From a virus, in the IMG/VR virus record IMGVR_UViG_3300048073_000007: 42,169 bases of DNA; one strand, 5' to 3'. Shown piece after piece: positions 14,647-23,759 of the stretch. The notes under the pieces were generated by a model. That model saw only the letters and a program-made list of their open reading frames with translations, had not been told where the DNA came from and made no database searches. A program made the position numbers and the translations under genes. Every line of letters starts with the position of its first letter. The first letter of the stretch is position 1.

Positions 14647-15856
14647 GGAGCAGCACCGTTATAGGGTTGCCTTTGGCGGCCGTGACGGGGCGAAGTCGTG
14701 GAGTTTCGCTCGAGCGCTGTTGATCCGTGGTGCGTCAGAGCCGCTGAGGATCGGGTGCTTTCGCGAGATCCAGAACAGCATCAAGGACTCGGTGCACAAG
14801 CTGCTTAGCGACCAGATCGAGGACATGGGGCTATCGAAGTGCTACGAGGTGTTAAAGACCGAGATCAGGGGCGTTAACGGGACTGAATTCATGTTCGCGG
14901 GTTTGTCGAACCAGACGCGCGACAGTATCAAGTCTGCGGAGTCGATTGACATCGCCTGGGTGGAGGAAGCCCAGAGCGTGAGCAAGCGGTCATGGGATAT
15001 CCTGGTCCCGACGATCCGCAAGCCCGGCAGCGAAATCTACGTATCGTTTAACCCCGATATGGAGACGGACGCGACGTACCAGCGGTTTGTGGTGAACCCG
15101 CCGCCTGACTGCAAGACGGTCAAGATCAACTACTCGGACAACCCGTGGCGTTCTCAGGCGCTAGACGCCGAGCGCGAGCACATGCGCGCTACGGCTCCCG
15201 AGGACTTCGCGCACATCTACCTTGGAGAGTGCAGGCCGGCTGTAGAGGGCGCGATCTACTACAACGAGGTATCGGCGCTACGGAACGGAAACCGGCTGTG
15301 TAACGTCCCATATGACCCGCTGCTCAAGGTGCACAGGGTCTGGGATCTGGGCTGGAACGATTACATGTCCGTGGTCTTTGTGCAGCGCCAGGCCAGCGAG
15401 ATCCGGGTGATTCGCTACGTCGAGGACAACCACCGGACGTATGCGGACTTCATGGGTGAGTTTGGCGGGTACGGGTACAACTACGGGACGGACTGGCTGC
15501 CGCATGACGGCAAGGCCAGGTCTGCCGAGTCTGGCCGCAGCCCGCAGATGATCCTCGAGCAGCTAGGCTGCAAGGTCGAGATCGTCGAGGACATCGGGCT
15601 GGAGAACGGCATCAAGGCGACAAGGCTGCTGTTCCCGCGCCTGTATGTCGACAAGACGAACGCTGGTGAGCTGGTTAACCGGCTCGGGCGGTATCGGCGG
15701 CGAGTGAACAAAGAGACGGGAACGGCGACGACACCGATGCACGATGACGAGAGTCACGGAGCGGACGCGGTTAGATACCTCGCTTGCATCGCAGACCAGC
15801 TCGCTAACGTGAGCGACAACAGGATCAAGGACCCTTATGCAGCGTTCAGGCGGTAA
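14594..15856 (+). CDS. terL: Terminase large subunit (PBSX/Terminase_3-like)
   Basis: Walker-A-like FGGRDGAKSWSFA. Size and position before the portal fit. TTG start. Confidence 0.85.
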   Translation: MSSLQRWQFPEKLRFLIEEQHRYRVAFGGRDGAKSWSFARALLIRGASEPLRIGCFREIQNSIKDSVHKLLSDQIEDMGLSKCYEVLKTEIRGVNGTEFMFAGLSNQTRDSIKSAESIDIAWVEEAQSVSKRSWDILVPTIRKPGSEIYVSFNPDMETDATYQRFVVNPPPDCKTVKINYSDNPWRSQALDAEREHMRATAPEDFAHIYLGECRPAVEGAIYYNEVSALRNGNRLCNVPYDPLLKVHRVWDLGWNDYMSVVFVQRQASEIRVIRYVEDNHRTYADFMGEFGGYGYNYGTDWLPHDGKARSAESGRSPQMILEQLGCKVEIVEDIGLENGIKATRLLFPRLYVDKTNAGELVNRLGRYRRRVNKETGTATTPMHDDESHGADAVRYLACIADQLANVSDNRIKDPYAAFRR

Positions 15857-15859
15857 CTG

Positions 15860-18136
15860 ATGGCGAAGAAAGCCAACAAGCAGGAAAAGGAACTGCTGGT
15901 CACGCTGCGTGAGCGTCACAAACGAGCGGTTGATGCCGATCAGGAAAACCGTCGCAAGGCGCTCGAGGACATGCGGTTTTGCAACATCCCCGGCGAGCAG
16001 TGGGACCCGATCGTCAAGAACGAGCGCGGGACCGAGCGGCCGTATTATGAGTTCAACAAGGTTCGCATTTCGGTAAAGCGCGTCATCAACGATATGCGCT
16101 CGAACCGTCCGCAGGGCAAGGTGCGCGCGTTCGAGGATGGCGACAAGGACACGGCCGAGGTTTACGAGGGGTTGTGTCGCAACATCTGGAACGTATCGGA
16201 CGGCGACAGCGCCATTGACTCAGCGGCTGAGTACCAGGTTACTGCGGGCATCGGTGCGTGGCGCATCAACACGAAGTACAGCGACGATACGGCGTTTGAC
16301 CAGGATATCGTCGTCGAGGCGATCCGCAACCCGTTCTGCCTGTACGCCGATCCTGCCAGCAAGGATGCGCTCAAGCGTGACGCGCGCTACTGGCTGTTGA
16401 CGACCAAGGTATCCAAGAGCGAGTACGAAACGCGCTGGCCTAACAAGACGATATCGGCCTTTGAGGGGAGCGAGTTTGAGGACGACGACGACGAGGACTG
16501 GGCCGACAACGAGACAGTCCGGGTCTGCGAGTACTGGTATAAGGAACCGTACACGCGGGAGATTGCGCTGCTGTCCACTGGGCAGACGGTCGACCTAAGC
16601 GAGGTTGATTCGGCCACATTTGCTGCGCAGGGAATCGAGGTGATTCGCACGCGCGCGGTGCAGTCGCAGCGGATCAAGTCGGTGATTGCGAGCGGTGAGG
16701 CGATCCTAGAGGGGCCGAGCGACTGGGCGGGGTCCATGTTCCCCTTTGTGCAGGTGCACGGCGAGTGCATGGTGGTTGACGGCAAGACGTACTGGTTCGG
16801 GCTGGTGCGCTTTGCGAAGGACGCCCAGCGGGCCTATAACGTCGCTAGAACGTCGATCACCGAGACCATAGCGCTAGCGCCCAACGCGAAGTTCTGGGCC
16901 ACTCACGCGCAGGCAGAGGGCAATACGACGCTGTGGAGTGAGGCGCACCGCAAGCTCTATCCGTACATGCTGTACAACGCGGATGCCAAGGCTCCGGGGC
17001 CGCCGGTGAGTATGCCGGGCGCTCAGGTGCCGATTGCGTTGATCCAGGAGGCGCAGATCGCCTCGGATGAGATCAAGGCGGTGACGGGCATCTTTGACGC
17101 ATCGCTTGGGAATCGGGGGAACGAGACGACGGGCGTTGCGATCAGGGCTCGTCAGGCGCAGGGCGAGATTGCGACGTTCAACTACATGGACAACATGGCT
17201 AAGGGGATTCGAAGGACGTGGGAGATCCTCATTGACCTGATACCGAAGATTTACGATACGGAGCGGTCAGTGCGCATTCTGGGCGCTGATGGGGCGGAGA
17301 AGTACGCGAAGGTCAACCAGATCGACCCGGCGACGGGCCAGGTTGTTAATGATCTGGGTCGCGGCAAGTACGATGTAGCGATTACGGTGGGTCCGAGCTA
17401 CACGACGCAGCGGCAGGAGGCGGTGGAGGCTTATACGCAGATCGGGCAGGCTCAGCCGGCGCTGTACCAGCTCGCGGGCGACATCATTTTCAGGAATATG
17501 GACTTGCCGGGTGCTGAGCAGATCGCGGAGCGGTTAAAGGCGATGTTGCCACCTCAGATCCAGCAGACGTTGAGCGAGGGCAAGCCGATCCCGCCCGAGG
17601 CGCAGGCGATGATGGCGCAGGCGCAGGCGGCGATGCAGCAGGTGCAGCAGCACGGGCAGTTGGTCCAGCAGGCGGCGGCGGAGGCTGAGGGAAAGACGGC
17701 CGAGGCTGAAAAGGCTGTGTCTGACCTCAAGGTCCAGCAGGCGCAGTTCGAGGCGCAGGTACAGAAGCAGTTGGCCGTGCTCTCTAACCGAGAGGCGCAA
17801 CTGGTGCTGAAAGAGGCGCGGCTGGTCACTCAGCAGGAATCCGAGGGGCTTGCGGCCGAGAAGCAGCGGCTTGTCGCGGACTTTGCGCAGGCGAATGCGG
17901 ACATCCAGGCGCACGCGGCGCAGTTGATGCAGCAGGCGATTGGGACGATGGCGCAGATCCAGGCGGCCAACCCGCCGCAGGTGATCGTAGCCGACAGCCC
18001 GAAGCCCAAGCTCGTGCGGGTCGAGCGGAGAAACGGGGCGTTTATACCGATCTATGAGGGAGACAGCGGGAATGGTGGAAACGATATACGGCCCGATGCC
18101 GGCGGAGCAGTTGGAGCGCCGGGACTCGGTGTTTGA
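15860..18136 (+). CDS. Portal protein, P22-like, with a long Q/A-rich C-terminal helical barrel
   Basis: 758 aa, immediately after terL. The C-terminal 150 aa are coiled-coil and Q/A-rich, as in the P22 portal barrel. Confidence 0.85.
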   Translation: MAKKANKQEKELLVTLRERHKRAVDADQENRRKALEDMRFCNIPGEQWDPIVKNERGTERPYYEFNKVRISVKRVINDMRSNRPQGKVRAFEDGDKDTAEVYEGLCRNIWNVSDGDSAIDSAAEYQVTAGIGAWRINTKYSDDTAFDQDIVVEAIRNPFCLYADPASKDALKRDARYWLLTTKVSKSEYETRWPNKTISAFEGSEFEDDDDEDWADNETVRVCEYWYKEPYTREIALLSTGQTVDLSEVDSATFAAQGIEVIRTRAVQSQRIKSVIASGEAILEGPSDWAGSMFPFVQVHGECMVVDGKTYWFGLVRFAKDAQRAYNVARTSITETIALAPNAKFWATHAQAEGNTTLWSEAHRKLYPYMLYNADAKAPGPPVSMPGAQVPIALIQEAQIASDEIKAVTGIFDASLGNRGNETTGVAIRARQAQGEIATFNYMDNMAKGIRRTWEILIDLIPKIYDTERSVRILGADGAEKYAKVNQIDPATGQVVNDLGRGKYDVAITVGPSYTTQRQEAVEAYTQIGQAQPALYQLAGDIIFRNMDLPGAEQIAERLKAMLPPQIQQTLSEGKPIPPEAQAMMAQAQAAMQQVQQHGQLVQQAAAEAEGKTAEAEKAVSDLKVQQAQFEAQVQKQLAVLSNREAQLVLKEARLVTQQESEGLAAEKQRLVADFAQANADIQAHAAQLMQQAIGTMAQIQAANPPQVIVADSPKPKLVRVERRNGAFIPIYEGDSGNGGNDIRPDAGGAVGAPGLGV

Positions 18137-18254
18137 GGACGATAACGAGCGCACGGAAGCGGTTGAATACTGGCTCGATGGCGAGCTGGTACACCGCTCG
18201 GTGCGCGTGCAGTTGAAGAAAGCACTTGAAAGTCACTTGATAGGGTCGCTGTAA
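18072..18254 (+). CDS. Small protein (60 aa) overlapping the portal 3' end
   Basis: GGGAG 9 nt upstream of the ATG. Balanced composition (MVETIYGPMPAEQLERRD...). Confidence 0.45.
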   Translation: MVETIYGPMPAEQLERRDSVFEDDNERTEAVEYWLDGELVHRSVRVQLKKALESHLIGSL

Positions 18255-18266
18255 GCGCGGCCATCG

Positions 18267-18313
18267 AGTTTATCAAGTTTATCCAAGTTTATCGCAGCCG
18301 AGAATAAACTCGG
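18267..18313 (+). repeat. Three tandem copies of AGTTTATC (18267, 18276, 18286) followed by hairpin CCGAG-aataaa-CTCGG
   Basis: Read directly from the 107-nt intergenic gap. Confidence 0.7.
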
Positions 18314-18361
18314 TAAAGAGCGGCGCACGTTGGGCGTCGGTTTAGTAGAGGAGCAAGGACC

Positions 18362-18787
18362 ATTAGCAATACACAGGGTATTTCAGGCGCGGCGAAGCAG
18401 GCTGCACTGGGCGCGATCGTTGACGGTAAGACGCTCAAGGGCGCGCTGTACCTTGCGTCCGCCACTACGGGGCCGACGAATTCGGTTTACACGGCGACCG
18501 GCGAACTGGCAGCGACGGGTAACTACACGACCGGCGGTAACTCGGTGACGAACGCCAATTCGGCGGGGCTGACGAGCACGACCGCATACTGGACGCCATC
18601 GGCGTCGGTGCAGTGGACCAGCTTCACGTCGTCTGGCGCGTTCGATGCTGTAATGATATACAGCACCACGGACACGAACCGGAACATCGGCGTGTTCACG
18701 TTCTCGAGCCAGAGCATCACGTCGGGCACGTTCACCATAACCATGCCCACTAACGATAGTTCTACTGGCCTTGTGCGCTTTGCATGA
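18362..18787 (+). CDS. Virion-module protein (about 141 aa) with no canonical start codon; best candidate start is ATT 18362
   Basis: The frame is open from 18317. GAGGAG lies 8 nt upstream of the ATT. The first ATG/GTG/TTG in frame is only at 18545, yet the upstream 61 codons look protein-like (ISNTQGISGAAKQAALGAIVDGKTLKGALYLASATTGP...). Confidence 0.55.
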   Translation: MSNTQGISGAAKQAALGAIVDGKTLKGALYLASATTGPTNSVYTATGELAATGNYTTGGNSVTNANSAGLTSTTAYWTPSASVQWTSFTSSGAFDAVMIYSTTDTNRNIGVFTFSSQSITSGTFTITMPTNDSSTGLVRFA

Positions 18788-19947
18788 AAGCATGGCAACG
18801 CAAAATCAGGGTCAGGGGGACGGAGCCTAAGGCGGTTCACTCTGACCGGCTCGAGCGCTGGCTGGGCCGCGAGAAGATCGAGCACCTCATTGCCTGCATG
18901 GACGGCTGGTACGGCGGGCCGATTCGGCTGCTGGACGTTCCCGGAAGCGTGGCGATCACGGCGGATGGCGGATTCGTGGGCAAGTTCCCGCGTTTCGGCC
19001 AGTTCGGCTCGGCGCTGGATCACTTCGCGGACCACCTGCGGTACACGACGCGCAGGCTCGGCACCCAGCGAATGAACTACGCCATGGCGGCTGCGGGATT
19101 CTCGAGCGTGTCGGACGCGCTCTCCCGTGCGTCGCAGGGGTATTCGCAGCGCCGGCAGTTCAACAAGGTGGGCCCTACCGGCGTTGTGGCGGTGACATCG
19201 AGCCTGTGGCGCGTTGGCCCGCAGCCGGCTGTCGGCGCGACCCCTGCGGCGGCTCCGGGCGGTACGGCGCAGACGAGTTCCACGACTGGCGCGCTGAGGT
19301 TCGCCAACCCGGCCTCTGGCACGAACCATCTGGTCGGTGCGGACGTGAGCGCGAGCGTGATCAACAACTCGCTCCTGGTCTATGACCTGCTCTTTGGCGT
19401 CGCAAAGACCATGAACAGCACGGCGACCGAGGCCGTGACCGGCGTCCCGACGCGCTATCAGTCCACGACCGCCGCGAATGCCGACTACATCGGCGACAAC
19501 TTCGGGTTCATACAGGTCGGCGGCACCGCGCTCGCGGCGACAGCGCACAACTGGACCGTGTGCCTGTACACCGATCAGGACGGCGCGTCCTCGACCCTGC
19601 CGTCACTCACCGGCAACTCAAGCGCCATTGTGGATCGCCTCGATCACCCCACCAGCCAATGGTTCGCGCCGCTGGAGAGCGGCGACGTGGGCATCGGCGC
19701 GTGGACGCAGATGCAGTGCTCTGCCGCCGTGGCGACGGGCGTGATCTGGTTCATGATCGGGCACCCGCTCGGGTTCATGTCCTTCCCGGTCATCAACTCC
19801 ATGCTGCCGTTCGACTGGCTGACCAACCGAGACCAGGCGCCGCGCATCTTCGACAGCGCCTGCATCGCGTTCCTCGAGCCGCTCAAGCCCGCGACGACCG
19901 CGACGACGTACACGGGACGGCTCGTCTCGACCAGCGCTGCGGCGTAA
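18784..19947 (+). CDS. Hypothetical structural-module protein (387 aa)
   Basis: ATGA overlap with the upstream gene. Long ORF with strong GC3 bias. Confidence 0.7.
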   Translation: MKAWQRKIRVRGTEPKAVHSDRLERWLGREKIEHLIACMDGWYGGPIRLLDVPGSVAITADGGFVGKFPRFGQFGSALDHFADHLRYTTRRLGTQRMNYAMAAAGFSSVSDALSRASQGYSQRRQFNKVGPTGVVAVTSSLWRVGPQPAVGATPAAAPGGTAQTSSTTGALRFANPASGTNHLVGADVSASVINNSLLVYDLLFGVAKTMNSTATEAVTGVPTRYQSTTAANADYIGDNFGFIQVGGTALAATAHNWTVCLYTDQDGASSTLPSLTGNSSAIVDRLDHPTSQWFAPLESGDVGIGAWTQMQCSAAVATGVIWFMIGHPLGFMSFPVINSMLPFDWLTNRDQAPRIFDSACIAFLEPLKPATTATTYTGRLVSTSAAA

Positions 19948-19959
19948 GGGCGGGCGGCC

Positions 19960-21141
19960 ATGAGCCGTTGGTGGACACTCACAAGCGTACTGGGCACCAG
20001 GGGGCCGCGCGACTCGATTAGCCGGTTCTGGACGCCATCGCTCACGGCGGTTGATCCGTCGATACCGAGCCTGCCGCTGGAGACGCCGGCCAGCGGCGCC
20101 AGCGTTGCGCTGAGCGGTAGCTCGGTAACGACCAGCGCGGGCACGCTAGGTGTAACGGCAGACGTTACACTGACTGGTAGCGCTGTTACGGCCAGCGCTG
20201 GAACGGTCACGGCCGCTGCCGAGTGGTCGGTAGCGCTGTCTGGCGAGGCTGCTGCCGCTAGTGCCGGGACGCTGGGCATAGAGGGTGCTGTAGCGCTCTC
20301 AGGCAGCGCTGTAACGGCGTCCGCAGGGACTCTGGCCACTGGTGTGTCCGTCGCGCTGAGCGGCGAGGAAGCCACGAGCGTTGCGGGGACGCTAGGCATC
20401 ACGGCTGATGTCGCGCTGTCTGGCAGCGCGGTTACGGTCAGTGCCGGGACGGTAACGCCTGATACGGGCGCATCGGTCGCGCTTACCGGAGAGGCTGTAA
20501 CGGTCAGTGCCGGCACGGTTGTTCCGGGTATCTCCGTAGACATCGGCGTTACCTATGATTACCTCGTTGACGAGTACGGTAACAACATCGTCGATGAAGA
20601 TGGGAACTTCATCGTTGTAGGCGTGACGGCCGCTGCCCCGGTAACGGTCAGTGCAGGGACGCTCGGTGCTGCGTCCGGTACGGTTGTCGCGCTATCCGGT
20701 AGTGAAGTGGCGGTTAACGCTGGTTCGCTGTCGGTGTCCGGCGGTGACGCCGAGGTGGCCGAGGGAGAGACCGCTACCGGCGGCTGGCTCTGGGGGCTGG
20801 AGTACGACCGATACCTGGACCGCAAGCGCAAGAAGCGCAAGCGCGAGATCGAGCTAGAGGAAGCCGAGGAACAGGCGCAGCAGCTACGGGCGACCGAGCG
20901 CGAGATAGCGACGCTCTTGCACGAGCAGGAGCGGCAGGACCTTGAGAGGGCGGAATCAGAGCGGCTGTTGCGCATGGCGCGGCGGTACGCTGATTCGGTA
21001 GAGATTGCCGACAAGCTACGCGAGGCGATGGCCAAGGCCGCCGCACTCGAGACGTTCGGAGCGCTGGAGGCGCTTAAGCGCGAACTCGAGCGGACGGCAG
21101 AGGAAGAAGAAGTCGCATTGTTGTTGATTTTAAATCAATAG
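19960..21141 (+). CDS. Protein with about 9 imperfect 20-residue repeats (VALSGSAVTxSAGTLG...) and a highly charged coiled-coil C-terminus
   Basis: Repeats span about 20101..20739. C-terminus is RKRKKRKREIELEEAEEQAQQLRATEREIA... Confidence 0.7.
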   Translation: MSRWWTLTSVLGTRGPRDSISRFWTPSLTAVDPSIPSLPLETPASGASVALSGSSVTTSAGTLGVTADVTLTGSAVTASAGTVTAAAEWSVALSGEAAAASAGTLGIEGAVALSGSAVTASAGTLATGVSVALSGEEATSVAGTLGITADVALSGSAVTVSAGTVTPDTGASVALTGEAVTVSAGTVVPGISVDIGVTYDYLVDEYGNNIVDEDGNFIVVGVTAAAPVTVSAGTLGAASGTVVALSGSEVAVNAGSLSVSGGDAEVAEGETATGGWLWGLEYDRYLDRKRKKRKREIELEEAEEQAQQLRATEREIATLLHEQERQDLERAESERLLRMARRYADSVEIADKLREAMAKAAALETFGALEALKRELERTAEEEEVALLLILNQ

Positions 21142-21148
21142 GTGATTC

Positions 21149-21442
21149 ATGTCTGACGCATTCAACGCCGTAAAGCACTACACGGTGTCGGCTAGTACAA
21201 CCACGGCCCCGACGACGATCCCGGCTGGGCACGGCAACGTCCGCATTGTCAACGCGAGCGCTGGCGTTCTGTTCTGGCGCGCCGACACCTCGGTTGTGGC
21301 CGCTACGGCTGCGGACTGCGCCATGCTTGCGGGATCGGTGGAGGTATTCCACATCGACCCTGCCGCAACGAATATCAGCATTATCCTTATTGCTGGTACA
21401 GCCTCAGCGAGCGTCTATTTCGATCTCGGCTACGGCGTTTGA
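21149..21442 (+). CDS. Hypothetical protein (97 aa)
   Basis: ORF in the operon. Function unknown. Confidence 0.55.
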   Translation: MSDAFNAVKHYTVSASTTTAPTTIPAGHGNVRIVNASAGVLFWRADTSVVAATAADCAMLAGSVEVFHIDPAATNISIILIAGTASASVYFDLGYGV

Positions 21443-21501
21443 ATTCTGGGGCTCGGCCCCTGCTTGAATAACCGACTCCTGGCGGTTCCAGGTGCTTCTG
21501 G

Positions 21502-22332
21502 ATGGTGGTTAAGATGGCTGATGAACTGGCCAGTGGGCCTGCTATTGCTGCAACAGAGACTGCGGAAGTTACTGGTGAGGTGGATGCCAACCCAGTAGCA
21601 GAAACAGGTGCGGACTCAGCTCCCGCCGCCGCTGAAACCGGCGTCATTCCTGAGCGAGATAAGATTCAGGAGAGGATCGACAAGATCACTAGGGAAAAAT
21701 ACGACGCGCTGCGTGAGTCGGACTATTGGCGGGACCGTGCCCTTCGGGCGCAGGAACCGCAAGCGAAACCTGAGCCGGTCGCGCCGGCTGTAGCACCGAC
21801 ACTCGAAGCGCACGGTTACGACGAGGCGAAATATCAGGCTGCGTTGATCGAATTTGCCAAGGTACAGGCACGCGAGGAAGCGAAGGCCATTCTCGAAAGG
21901 GAACGGACGGAGCGAGAAGCGGGCAGCAAGCGGGCGAAGTTCGAGGAAATGCAGGCTGAGTTCATCAAGTCGAAGCCTGATTACGCGGAAAAGGTACTAC
22001 GTAACCCATCGCTGGCGATCACTCAAGATATGGCTTCGGTCATCATGGAGAGTGAGCTAGGCCCGCAGGTTGCCTATTACCTGGCTGAGAATGAGGACAA
22101 GGCACGAGCCATTGCGCAGATGCCGCCCATCATTCAGGCCCGCGAAATCGGTCGTATTGAGGCGAGACTGGAGGCCGCGAAGGCTCCGCCGCCCAAGCCC
22201 GTGGTGAGCAAGGCACCGCCCCCCACTCCCAAGCTCGACGCGACTGAACCGGCGATTGACAAAGACCCGGAAAACATGAGCGATACAGAGTTTGCGAAGT
22301 GGAGGCGCAGACAAATAGCACAACGCAGGTAA
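21502..22332 (+). CDS. Scaffolding protein (by position and composition)
   Basis: Helical, E/K/A-rich, immediately upstream of the coat gene. Alternative ATG at 21514. Confidence 0.65.
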   Translation: MVVKMADELASGPAIAATETAEVTGEVDANPVAETGADSAPAAAETGVIPERDKIQERIDKITREKYDALRESDYWRDRALRAQEPQAKPEPVAPAVAPTLEAHGYDEAKYQAALIEFAKVQAREEAKAILERERTEREAGSKRAKFEEMQAEFIKSKPDYAEKVLRNPSLAITQDMASVIMESELGPQVAYYLAENEDKARAIAQMPPIIQAREIGRIEARLEAAKAPPPKPVVSKAPPPTPKLDATEPAIDKDPENMSDTEFAKWRRRQIAQRR

Positions 22333-22338
22333 ATTGAC

Positions 22339-23541
22339 ATGAGCAATACTATCGTTACCACGGATTTGGTCGCACGCGAAGTTCTTCGCGTCGCGCACGA
22401 GTCCTGCCGGTTCCTTAACACGGTGGACCGTCAGTACGACAAGTCCTACTTCGGCGTCGGCGCCAAGCACGGCTCTAATCTGCGGGTGAAGAACCCCAAC
22501 GAGTACACCGTTCGCACGGGCCGCGTGATGGACGTTCAGGATCAGACGGAACTCGCGCAGACGATCACCGCTGCGACGCAGAAGGGCGTCGACATGCGGT
22601 TTAACTCTGCTGAACTGTCCCTGAATATTGACGCGTTCTCAAAGGAGCACGTCGAGCCGGCGACCAAGCGGCTGATTTCCGTTGTGGAAGCGGACGTGCT
22701 GCAGGGCGCGACCAAGTTGGTGGCAAACCACGTTGGAACGGCCGGCACTGTGCCGGGCGCTTCTGGCGAAACCAGCATGATCGGCCAGGCGCGCGCGCGT
22801 CTGAACCAGTTCCTCGCCCCGGAAGGCGACCGTTCGATCCAGATCGACTCGGACACGATGGCGTCCATTGTGAACGGCACCAAGACGCTATTTCACGACG
22901 GCGCGCAGGTGAAGGAAGGCTTCCGCGAGGGCTTCTACAGTCGCGGTGCGGGCTTTGACTGGTACGAGAATGAGAAGATTCTCGCGCTGGCCAACGGCTC
23001 GGATCACACCACGGTCACGATCAACGACGCCTCCATTGCCTCGGGCGACGTGGCGCTGACGATCGCGGGTAGTAACTTCACGGCCGGTTCGGTGTTTACG
23101 CTGGGTCTCGGCGGTACGCCGGTCTATGCGGTGCATCCGGAGACGAAGAACAGCTATTCGTTCCTCAAGCAGTTTGTCGCGGCGGCCTCTGGCACTACCG
23201 CGATGACGATGCCGACGAACGGTGGCTATATCTCGACGGGCGCGAAGCAGAACGTTAGCAACCTGCCGGTCAACGGCGATGTGGTGACGTTCTTCGGTAC
23301 TGCCGGCGCAACGTACAAGAATGCCCTTGCTTATCACAAGGAGTTCTGCGCGTTCGTCACGGCGGATCTGCCGAAGATGGCCGATGCTGCGTACTGCTCG
23401 GTTCGCACTCAGGACGGTATCACTGTCCGAGTGTGGCAGGGTAGCGACATCAGGAACGATGAGTTGCTGATGCGTATCGACATTCTGTACGGGTACGCTG
23501 TGCTCCGTCCGGAGTGGGCTTGCCGTATCAACTGCACTTGA
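22339..23541 (+). CDS. Major capsid protein, P22 coat (gp5) family
   Basis: 400 aa. The N-terminus MSNTIVTTDLVAREVLRVAHESCRFLNTVDRQYDKSY is typical of P22-type coat proteins. Confidence 0.85.
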   Translation: MSNTIVTTDLVAREVLRVAHESCRFLNTVDRQYDKSYFGVGAKHGSNLRVKNPNEYTVRTGRVMDVQDQTELAQTITAATQKGVDMRFNSAELSLNIDAFSKEHVEPATKRLISVVEADVLQGATKLVANHVGTAGTVPGASGETSMIGQARARLNQFLAPEGDRSIQIDSDTMASIVNGTKTLFHDGAQVKEGFREGFYSRGAGFDWYENEKILALANGSDHTTVTINDASIASGDVALTIAGSNFTAGSVFTLGLGGTPVYAVHPETKNSYSFLKQFVAAASGTTAMTMPTNGGYISTGAKQNVSNLPVNGDVVTFFGTAGATYKNALAYHKEFCAFVTADLPKMADAAYCSVRTQDGITVRVWQGSDIRNDELLMRIDILYGYAVLRPEWACRINCT

Positions 23542-23552
23542 GAGGATGACAT

Positions 23553-23759
23553 ATGGCTACTTATGAGCGTTTGGACTACGGCAGTGATGACGGCTGCCAG
23601 ATTGGGGACTCGTCCGCTAAGGTCGGGTTCTTTGGGGCGGTGCCCGTTGTGCAGCAGTCGGTGACGAACACCACGACCACGACTGCGACAACGACGGCGC
23701 TGCAGACCGATATCGACGCCATTCGGACGGCGTTGAAGAACCTCGGTCTCTTTGTCTGA
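23553..23759 (+). CDS. Small protein (68 aa) following the coat gene
   Basis: GAGGAT RBS. Thr-rich centre. Confidence 0.55.
   Translation: MATYERLDYGSDDGCQIGDSSAKVGFFGAVPVVQQSVTNTTTTTATTTALQTDIDAIRTALKNLGLFV

Noticed and set aside
18383-20543. Antisense ORFs 18383..18793, 18523..19548 (341 aa) and 19644..20543 (299 aa)
   Set aside because: They lie opposite well-supported late genes, have Arg-rich or repeat-mirroring composition, and lack an RBS and operon logic.
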